Origin: Candidatus Eiseniibacteriota bacterium
Lineage (GTDB): Bacteria > Eisenbacteria > RBG-16-71-46 > CAZEPH01
NCBI GenBank assembly: GCA_044229145.1
Contig: JBGATO010000101.1
Coordinates: forward strand, 1-11,521
Length of the DNA: 11,521 bases
Reading direction: 5' to 3'
The translations under genes were made by a program, and so were the position numbers. How positions within the stretch are numbered: position 1 is the stretch's first letter; the number at the start of each line of letters is the position of its first letter. The notes beneath the pieces were generated by a model, which saw nothing but the letters and a program-made list of their open reading frames with translations, had not been told where the DNA came from and searched no databases. Of this stretch, positions 1 to 6,425 are shown one piece after another.

Positions 1-506
1 TGCAGGGTGCGATGGGCTGTCTCAACCACGCCCCGTTCCTCGATCCGGCGCAGCACGGTGAGAATCTGCGGCGCCGTGATCTCCTTCACCGGCTCGGCGC
101 CGAGCCACGGGAACACATCGCGCTCGAAGCGCCGCAGGATGCGCTCCCCGTATTCCGGCACCCACGCGGGTGACATTTTCGCGTACCACTCGCGCGTGAC
201 CGCCTCGAAGCTGTCCTCGGTGACGGCGCGCACCGTGGCCTTGAGCGCCTTCCGGTTCGCGCTGGGGTCGATGCCCTCTGCATTCAGCCTGCGCGCGTCC
301 TCGCATCGCTCACGCGCGGACTTGAGGGTAACTTCCGGGTAGACGCCCAGCGACAGCATCTTTTCCTTGCCACCGTGGCGATACCGGAGCCGCCACCACT
401 TGCTCCCGGTCGGCATCACGAGTAGGAGCAGGCCCCGGCCGTCAGGCAGCTTGTACGGCTTGTCCTGCGGCATCGCTTTCTTGATCTGGACATCGGTGAG
501 CGCCAT
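1..506 (-). CDS. P4-type tyrosine recombinase/integrase, N-terminal part (arm-binding and core-binding domains); runs off the left edge
   Basis: Manual translation from ATG at 506: MALTDVQIKKAMPQDKPYKLPDGRGLLLLVMPTGSKWWRLRYRHGGKEKMLSLGVYPEVTLKSARE...GIDPSANRK...DSFEAVTREWY...RILRRFERDVFPWLGAEPVKEITAPQILTVLRRIEERGVVETAHRTL. This is the typical P4/IntA N-terminus. AGGAGGAG SD lies upstream. No stop in the window, so it is absent from the ORF track. Confidence 0.95.
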   Translation of the reverse strand, partial: MALTDVQIKKAMPQDKPYKLPDGRGLLLLVMPTGSKWWRLRYRHGGKEKMLSLGVYPEVTLKSARERCEDARRLNAEGIDPSANRKALKATVRAVTEDSFEAVTREWYAKMSPAWVPEYGERILRRFERDVFPWLGAEPVKEITAPQILTVLRRIEERGVVETAHRTL

Positions 507-586
507 GCGGGTAACTCCTCCTGCGGGCACGTGGCTTACCCGCAAAGCTACCCACAGAAAAGTCCAGATGTCAACAGTTACCCACG
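506..586. repeat. Cluster of 8-bp repeats, probable integrase arm-type binding sites
   Basis: TGCGGGTA 506-513 and TGCGGGCA 522-529, with inverted copies TACCCGCA 537-544, TACCCACA 549-556 and TACCCACG 579-586. 506-514 and 536-544 form a perfect 9-bp inverted repeat. Confidence 0.6.
545..574 (-). promoter_or_regulatory. Putative sigma70 promoter of the integrase
   Basis: Minus strand TTGACA (574-569), 18-bp spacer, TAGCTT (550-545), about 40 nt upstream of the integrase ATG. Confidence 0.55.
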
Positions 587-681
587 GCTGCTGGCGGACG
601 TCAAATGGCTCTTATTTAGCTTGTTTTGCAATTAGTTACGGAAGTTGGCGTATGTTGGCGGCTGCGGGCGGATTCATGGAG

Positions 682-757
682 TGGTGGACCGAGCTGGAAT
701 CGAACCAGCGACACCAGGATTTTCAGTCCTGTGCTCTACCATCTGAGCTATCGGTCC
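682..757 (-). tRNA. tRNA-Phe (GAA)
   Basis: 76-nt cloverleaf: GGACCGA acceptor stem, D-arm GCTC/GAGC, anticodon arm CAGGA-CTGAAAA-TCCTG, T-arm GCTGG-TTCGATT-CCAGC, TCGGTCC-A-CCA end. Confidence 0.98.
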
Positions 758-818
758 GGATCGTGCGCGTCAACTCGCGCCAACATTGTCGGCACCCGAG
801 GGGGCGACAAGGACCGCG

Positions 819-847
819 ATAGTACGCGGGCCGCCGGGGCGGGTCAA
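819..847 (-). promoter_or_regulatory. sigma70 promoter for tRNA-Phe
   Basis: Minus strand TTGACC (847-842), 17-bp spacer, TACTAT (824-819), followed by a GC-rich discriminator (CGCGG) as expected for stable-RNA promoters. Confidence 0.75.
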
Positions 848-910
848 GCCGATTGGCGCCGCATGGGGCACGCCGCGCAGGACCGCGCACCGCACGGCCG
901 GACACGACAA

Positions 911-967
911 CGGCGCGGAGCGAGCGCACTGCTCGCCCCGCGCCGCGCCGAGATCGGGGGATCTCGG
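911..967 (-). terminator. Tandem hairpins after the ompW-like gene; probable terminator
   Basis: Perfect 8-bp inverted repeat 948-955/960-967, then a 15-bp stem 911-925/931-945 whose single mismatch is a G-U pair on the minus-strand RNA. The tail is only weakly U-rich (TTGTCGTG). Confidence 0.55.
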
Positions 968-975
968 ACCGTCGT

Positions 976-1608
976 CTAGAAGTGGAACCCGATGCCGCCA
1001 CCCACCAGGAACGGGTCGACCTTGACCGCGCTCACCTTGGTGGTGCCGAGCAGCACGTCGCTGCGGATCTGGACGTACTTGGCGTCGAGGTTGATGAAGG
1101 CCTTCGGCGACACGGGGATGTCGCAGCCCACCTGGAACGCCGGCCCGATGCTCGAGCTCTCGAGGTCCAGCGTGCCGACGCCTTCCACCGCGATGTCCAC
1201 CGACGAGATCAGCGTCAGGTTGACGCCGGCGCCGATGTACGGGTGCACCTTGGCGTCGGGCAGGAAGTTCGCCTGCAGCATGAGGCACGGCGGCAGGTGC
1301 TTGAACGTGCCGATCTTGTCGCCGCCCAGCATCACGTCGTGCTGCTGCGGGTAGGTCAACACGAGTTCGGCCGACAGCATCGGGTTGAACGCGTAGCGCA
1401 GGTCGACCTCGGGGATCAGCTTCTTGCTGACGGTGATGTCGTCGGCCGGCACGCTGAGCGACGGGATGGCGTCGGACTTGTCGGCAGGGATGATCTCGAG
1501 GGCGCGGACGCGAACGCTGAGCGGGTTCGCCTTGTCGGCGGCGCGCACCGGGCCGGCGGCGAGGGCCGCGAGCGCGAGGCACGAGATCACGACGGTGTGC
1601 TTCTTCAC
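976..1608 (-). CDS. ompW: OmpW/AlkL-family outer-membrane beta-barrel protein (about 210 aa)
   Basis: GTG start at 1608 with GGAGG SD. Signal peptide MKKHTVVISCLALAALAAGPVRA, motifs ELVLTYPQQHDV, HLPPCL and PYIGAGVN, and a C-terminal GIGFHF beta-signal ending in Phe. Confidence 0.9.
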   Translation of the reverse strand: MKKHTVVISCLALAALAAGPVRAADKANPLSVRVRALEIIPADKSDAIPSLSVPADDITVSKKLIPEVDLRYAFNPMLSAELVLTYPQQHDVMLGGDKIGTFKHLPPCLMLQANFLPDAKVHPYIGAGVNLTLISSVDIAVEGVGTLDLESSSIGPAFQVGCDIPVSPKAFINLDAKYVQIRSDVLLGTTKVSAVKVDPFLVGGGIGFHF

Positions 1609-1771
1609 GATGATTCCTCCACGGTCACGCGCGCGGACTCCGTGCCCGCGCGTCGGGATTGCAAGCGGCGGCGATGCTGCCCTCCCAAGGGCCAGCGCGC
1701 CAGTCGACCGCGGTGGCACTGCGGGGTGGTCGAAGGGCGAAGCGCCGCGTGCGGCCGCGAGGCGCGTGGAG

Positions 1772-2308
1772 CTACTTCGTGATCTCGACGTCGAGCGCGT
1801 TGTTGAACGTGTTGAAGAACATGAACGCGGCGATCACGCCGGTGAGTTCGACGATTTCGCCTTCGTCGAAGTGCGGGCGGAGCGCGGCGAAGTCCTCGTC
1901 GGTGAGCGACTTCGAGCCGGCCACCACGGCGTCGGCAAACGTCAGCGCGGCTTGGGTGCGCGCCTCGAGCGCATCGGAGGACGGCGCGAGCGGACGCGCC
2001 ACGGTCGCGGCGAGCGCATCGTCGCCGGCGCCGAACTTCTTCGCCAACATCGTGTGCGAGGCGCGGCAGTAGTCGGTGGCGTTGAGCATCGACACGCGCA
2101 CCGAGACGAGTTCCTTCATCACGCGCGGCAGCGTGCCGGTGGTCATCACCGCGGTGAGGAATGCCTCGGTGGCGGTCATGAACTCGGGGCGGTACGCCAG
2201 CGTGCGGAACATGTTCGGAATGTTGCCGCGCTCGGCGAGGAAGCGGTCGTAGGCGGCGCGCACGGCGGGCGGCGCGGCGTCGGGTGCAAGCGGGGCGATG
2301 CGCGGCAT
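1772..2308 (-). CDS. Carboxymuconolactone decarboxylase / AhpD-like (peroxidase-related) protein, about 178 aa
   Basis: ATG at 2308 with AAGGAG SD. Motifs GNIPNMFRTLAYRPE, KELVSVRVSMLNATDYCRASH and LRPHFDEGEIVELTGVIAAFMFFNTFNNAL. Confidence 0.88.
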   Translation of the reverse strand: MPRIAPLAPDAAPPAVRAAYDRFLAERGNIPNMFRTLAYRPEFMTATEAFLTAVMTTGTLPRVMKELVSVRVSMLNATDYCRASHTMLAKKFGAGDDALAATVARPLAPSSDALEARTQAALTFADAVVAGSKSLTDEDFAALRPHFDEGEIVELTGVIAAFMFFNTFNNALDVEITK

Positions 2309-2339
2309 GTCGGCGACTCCTTGCGCCGCGGCGCGCGGA

Positions 2340-2786
2340 CTACCGCGCGGCGACGAGTAGGACGGTGAGGGCGATGGCGGCAAGTGCGGCGAGCAGCGTC
2401 GCCTGCTGGAAGCCGGGCGACAACAACTCGGCGAGCGTCGCGGGGTCGGGCTTGGTGGTGGTCGCGCGCTTGATGCGCAGCGAGTCGACGTGCGCGAGAC
2501 CGGAGGCCAGGATCACCAGCGCGAGCTTGATCCCAAACCCGACGCGATTGCCGGGGAAGCCACCGACGAGCAGCAGCCCGGCGCCGGTGGCGAACGCGCC
2601 GAGCAGCATCGGCAGCTGCACGCGCAGGCCGAGTTCGCGCAGCAGCACCGCGGTGACGCGGCGCGCGCTGTCATCGGCGGAGCGCATGAGCAGGCGCATG
2701 ACGACTGCGGACAATGTGCCACCGACCAACCCGGCGATGCACATCAGGTGGAGCGCCAAGAGTGCGGCGTGCGTGTTGAAGGTCAT
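2340..2786 (-). CDS. Four-helix membrane protein B (CopD/DUF2269/HemJ-like pattern), paralog of 3186-3635
   Basis: Four hydrophobic segments, with LALHLMC in TM1 and FGIKLALV in TM3. Its ATG overlaps the upstream TGA (ATGA, 2786-2783). Confidence 0.75.
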   Translation of the reverse strand: MTFNTHAALLALHLMCIAGLVGGTLSAVVMRLLMRSADDSARRVTAVLLRELGLRVQLPMLLGAFATGAGLLLVGGFPGNRVGFGIKLALVILASGLAHVDSLRIKRATTTKPDPATLAELLSPGFQQATLLAALAAIALTVLLVAAR

Positions 2787-3127
2787 CGGCCTTCTCCCGG
2801 CGCGGCGACGCGGGCGGCGCCGCCGTCGCCTCCACCGCTCAGGCCGCCTGCGGGCTCGGGCTCCTCGCCGGGCTCCTCCGCGGCGACGGCCACGCGGGCA
2901 GCTCGGCGTGGCGCCGGCGCGTCTTTGAGAACATCGCGCAGACGCTGCGAACGCGGCGACGTCGCCGACAGCGGGAACAGCACGCCCTGGCGCGTCTTTG
3001 GATTGAGGAGCGCGCGGCGCAAGATCGCCACGGCGATCTGCGACACCGACTCATGCTGGCGGCGGGCCATCTGCTGCAGCGCATCGTGCAGATCGTCGGG
3101 CACACCTTCGAGATGCAAACACGGCAT
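2783..3127 (-). CDS. Ribbon-helix-helix (FitA/Arc-like) DNA-binding protein with low-complexity tail, about 114 aa
   Basis: From ATG 3127: MPCLHLEGVPDDLHDALQQMARRQHESVSQIAVAILRRAL fits the RHH strand-helix-turn-S-helix pattern. The stop overlaps the next gene's ATG. Confidence 0.65.
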   Translation of the reverse strand: MPCLHLEGVPDDLHDALQQMARRQHESVSQIAVAILRRALLNPKTRQGVLFPLSATSPRSQRLRDVLKDAPAPRRAARVAVAAEEPGEEPEPAGGLSGGGDGGAARVAAPGEGR

Positions 3128-3134
3128 GGGGCGC

Positions 3135-3163
3135 AGGATGCACCCGGCGCGCGCGCCTGGCAA
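3135..3163 (-). promoter_or_regulatory. Putative promoter for a leaderless RHH transcript
   Basis: TTGCCA (3163-3158), 17-bp spacer, CATCCT (3140-3135), 7 nt, then ATG (3127). No SD is visible. Confidence 0.45.
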
Positions 3164-3185
3164 GGACCTCGGGGCGATGCGGACG

Positions 3186-3635
3186 CTACAGCGCCTGCCC
3201 CACCGCCAACACGATCGCCACGGCGTAGCACCCGAACACGGCCTGGTGGAGGCCGGGGCGCAGGAGCTGACTGACCGCGTTCGCCCCGTCCTCGCACTCC
3301 GCGGCGCGCCGGCAGCGGCGGCCATCCCACACGCTCACGGCCGTCCCCGTGGCCACCAACACCAACTTCACGACGAACCAGATCGCCGGATCCGGGACGC
3401 CCTCGCCGGCCCACAGCAACGCACCGGTGGCGATCGTGCCCAGGAGCCCGGCCATCTCGACCTGCGTCCCGATGTCGCGCAGCAGCCGCGCCACCACTCG
3501 CTGCGCCTCGCCGCTCTCGCGCACCGCAAGCGACCGCACCACCATGCCGCTGGCCGCCGCGCCGACCGCGATGGCGACGCACAGCAGATGCAGGGCGAGC
3601 AGGAAGGATCGCGGCGAGAGAATCGGACCATCCAT
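3186..3635 (-). CDS. Four-helix membrane protein A, paralog of 2340-2786, about 149 aa
   Basis: ATG at 3635 with GGAGGAG upstream. LALHLLC in TM1 and WFVVKLVLV in TM3. Aligns collinearly with protein B. Confidence 0.75.
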   Translation of the reverse strand: MDGPILSPRSFLLALHLLCVAIAVGAAASGMVVRSLAVRESGEAQRVVARLLRDIGTQVEMAGLLGTIATGALLWAGEGVPDPAIWFVVKLVLVATGTAVSVWDGRRCRRAAECEDGANAVSQLLRPGLHQAVFGCYAVAIVLAVGQAL

Positions 3636-3734
3636 GGCGCTGAGGCTCCTCCGGGGACGGGGATCGCTCTCTGAGTATCGGCCGGCGGGCGCCGTCCCTG
3701 CGCCGGATCCCGCGGGCGCGACACCGACGGGGCG

Positions 3735-3763
3735 TTGCCGACGCACGGCGCAAGTGCTACGCT
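3735..3763 (+). promoter_or_regulatory. Putative sigma70 promoter (extended -10) for the beta-propeller gene
   Basis: TTGCCG (3735-3740), 17-bp spacer, TACGCT (3758-3763), preceded by TGn. Confidence 0.45.
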
Positions 3764-3818
3764 GTGCGCTATCGTACTTCCCGCAACGATCCGCCCCATC
3801 CCTCGCGGAGACAATCCG

Positions 3819-6176
3819 GTGCTCGCTTCGACCGCCCTGCGCATCCGTCGCGCGCCGCGCTGCGCCGTCCTCGTCGCGTTGTCGTGCAGTGTCTCGGCCT
3901 CCGCGTGGGCGCACCCCGTCGCGGCTCCGCGTCCGTCCGACCTCCCCGCCGACCTGCAAGGCAGCTGGAATCTCGTCCCGGCGGATCCCGCGCCGGCCGA
4001 CCGCACCCAGCCAGCCACGGCCTACGACAGTGCACGGCGGCGCATGTGGATCTTCGGCGGCACGCTCACCAGCGGCGGCGTCGACAGCACGACCTGGTAC
4101 CTGCCGCTTGGCGACACACTGGTGTGGCACGCCGTGACCACGCCGTCCAACCCGCCGGCCCGCACCGGCGCCTCGGCGGTCTGGGATCCCGCGGGCGATC
4201 GCCTGCTGCTATACGGCGGGATGGACGCCGCCGGCACCGCGCTCGGCGATCTCTGGCAACTCACGCTCGGGGACTCGCCAGCGTGGCAACAGCTCTTCCC
4301 CGCCGGCCCCACTCCTCCGGCGCGCACCTTGGCGAACACGATTCTCGACCCGATCCGGCACCGCCTCATCGTCTTCAGCGGTCAGGCCACCGGGTGGTCC
4401 TTCCTCAGCGACACGTGGGCCCTCTCCCTGGGCGACACACTCGCGTGGAACGACTGGGGCGCCTCGACGGCATTCGGCCCGCGGGTGGGCGGCGCGGCCA
4501 TCTACGATCCGCTGCGGGATCGCATGCTGGTGTGCGGCGGATTCGACGGCAGCTTCTGCGATGGCGACCTGCACGCGCTGAACCTCGGCGCGCCGAACGG
4601 CTGGTCGACGGTCACCATCGCGGGAACGTACCCGCGGAATCGCTACGACGCCGCCTTTGCCTACGATCCCGTGCACGACCAGTTGCTGGTGCTCGAGGGC
4701 ACGCCGGGCGCGTCACCGTCGCAAGTCTGCCTCAGCGACGCGTGGGGCCTGTCGCTCGCCGGCACGCCAACGTGGACGCAGTACACGTCGTGGGCCCGCA
4801 GTGCCTACGGCAGCCGCGCGGTGTGGGACGACGCGGCGCAGCGCTTGGTCCGCTATGGCGGCGTGTGCGACTCCCGCGTCTCGACGTGGGATCCGGTGGC
4901 GGGCGAGCGCTTCGTCTTCCCCGTGCCACCGCTGAGTGACGGCGGCGCGGTGTACGACGCGCACAACGATCGCTACATCCTCTTCGCTGGCGCCGGCAGC
5001 GCCGACAATCGCGTCTGGGCCGTGAATCCGGAAACCTTCCAATGGACGCCGATCATCGCCAGCGGCACACCTCCAGTCCCCCGGCGCGGCGCCGGCGTGG
5101 TGTACGACGACGCGCGTGGCCGCCTGCTGGTGGTCAGCGGCGTCTCCGGCGCGGGGTTTGTCCTGGACGATCTGTGGGTGCTGCCGCTCGACGGCGCGCC
5201 CGCGTGGTCGTACCTGACGATGACCAACACGCCGCCTGCCCGCTACCACGCGAGCGTCGCCGTCGACGCCGCCCACGATCGCCTGGTCCTCTACGGCGGC
5301 ACCCTCGGCGCCTTCAAGCTGACGTCGGCGAACGACACGTGGGTGATGCCGTTCGCGACGCAAGCGTGGAGCCGGGCGGTGCCGGCGAACGCACCGGCGC
5401 CGCCGCGGCGGGCCGGCGCCGACACCTGGCTCGACCCCGCGCAGAATCGCCTGTGGATCAGCGGCGGCGTGCGCGACTCGTGCTGGCAGATCGGCGGTGG
5501 CGGGTGCGCCGCGCAGTACTATGGCGACACGTGGAGCCTCGATCTGCAAGGCACCACCGGCTGGCGTGCCGAATCCGTGGGCGCGCCGGGCACACCGCAC
5601 GCATTCGCGTCGTATGCCTTCGATGCGCAGAACGCGCGCTTCCTGCAACTGGGCGGCGAAATCGGCTACCTCGATCTCGTCAGCGATAGCGTCTTCGCGT
5701 TGACCCCGGGCGATGCGGTGCCGGCCTGGACGGCGCTCACGCCCTCCGGCAGCGGCCCGCGCACCTCGATGGATCCGGCGATCTACGACCCGGTGCGCTC
5801 GCGAGTCGTGCTGTTCCGCCATGGCGCGCGCGAGGAGATTTGGACGCTGACCTTCGCCCCGGCGGTGGTCGGCGTGCCGGGCGGCGCGGATGGGTCGCAG
5901 ATGCGCAGCGTGGTCACCGTTGGCGGCCGCAGGCTCGCATTGCGGGTGGACGGCCCGCGGCCCTTCCGGATCCGCGACGCACAGGTACGGGACGTCGCGG
6001 GGCGCCGGATCGCGGCCCTGTCACACACTGCCGGCGCGCAGAGTCGCACCGTCGTGGAGTGGAACGGACGTCGCGAAGACGGGCACCCCGCGCCGCGCGG
6101 CATTTACCTGCTGGACGTCGACACGGACGCCGGGCGCATCGTGCGCCGCGCCGTCTACGCCCCCGCGACTCGGTAG
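3819..6176 (+). CDS. Secreted Kelch-like repeat (double beta-propeller) protein with C-terminal FlgD-Ig-like domain, about 785 aa
   Basis: Probable GTG start at 3819 with GGAG SD. Signal peptide ends in SASAWA. About 12 repeats of W...P.pR...a.YD....r..lfGG...dtW.l. C-terminal VGV...RDVAGRRIA.L...VEWNGRREDGHPAPRGIYLL. Confidence 0.85.
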   Translation: MLASTALRIRRAPRCAVLVALSCSVSASAWAHPVAAPRPSDLPADLQGSWNLVPADPAPADRTQPATAYDSARRRMWIFGGTLTSGGVDSTTWYLPLGDTLVWHAVTTPSNPPARTGASAVWDPAGDRLLLYGGMDAAGTALGDLWQLTLGDSPAWQQLFPAGPTPPARTLANTILDPIRHRLIVFSGQATGWSFLSDTWALSLGDTLAWNDWGASTAFGPRVGGAAIYDPLRDRMLVCGGFDGSFCDGDLHALNLGAPNGWSTVTIAGTYPRNRYDAAFAYDPVHDQLLVLEGTPGASPSQVCLSDAWGLSLAGTPTWTQYTSWARSAYGSRAVWDDAAQRLVRYGGVCDSRVSTWDPVAGERFVFPVPPLSDGGAVYDAHNDRYILFAGAGSADNRVWAVNPETFQWTPIIASGTPPVPRRGAGVVYDDARGRLLVVSGVSGAGFVLDDLWVLPLDGAPAWSYLTMTNTPPARYHASVAVDAAHDRLVLYGGTLGAFKLTSANDTWVMPFATQAWSRAVPANAPAPPRRAGADTWLDPAQNRLWISGGVRDSCWQIGGGGCAAQYYGDTWSLDLQGTTGWRAESVGAPGTPHAFASYAFDAQNARFLQLGGEIGYLDLVSDSVFALTPGDAVPAWTALTPSGSGPRTSMDPAIYDPVRSRVVLFRHGAREEIWTLTFAPAVVGVPGGADGSQMRSVVTVGGRRLALRVDGPRPFRIRDAQVRDVAGRRIAALSHTAGAQSRTVVEWNGRREDGHPAPRGIYLLDVDTDAGRIVRRAVYAPATR

Positions 6177-6231
6177 CCTCGACCGGTCGCGGGACGGGGG
6201 CCGCCGGGAGACCGCGCCGGCCTTCGCTCGC

Positions 6232-6260
6232 TTGACCCTCTCCGGCGCATCGTCCAGAAT
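6232..6260 (+). promoter_or_regulatory. sigma70 promoter of the split metE operon
   Basis: TTGACC (6232-6237), 17-bp spacer, CAGAAT (6255-6260). Implies a 5' leader of about 160 nt. Confidence 0.65.
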
Positions 6261-6425
6261 CCGCCGGATTCGCGCAGATCCTGCGCTTGCCTTCACGTTG
6301 CATCGGCGGCGCGCCGGCTGTGGTTGCACCGGCACGTCAGGCTGTGCGGGCGCTCGGCGCCCGTGCGGAACCGTCTCGCCGGCCGATGTCGTGTCACCGA
6401 TCCCACTGGTCACAGGAGACTCATC

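Larger units (their letters stand above)
1..681 (-). mobile_element. Edge of a tRNA-Phe-integrated genomic island or prophage-like element
   Basis: A P4-type integrase starts 175 bp after the tRNA 3' CCA end, co-oriented with it. The spacer is visibly more AT-rich than the flanking host DNA. Confidence 0.8.

Noticed and set aside
7..979. Plus-strand ORFs 7-342, 367-822 and 626-979, and short minus-strand ORFs
   Set aside because: They are antisense or off-frame shadows of the integrase and the tRNA, with no family motifs.
6300..6400. Canonical SAM-I, cobalamin or SAH riboswitch call
   Set aside because: The full consensus elements were not found by eye. Kept only as an unclassified structured leader.
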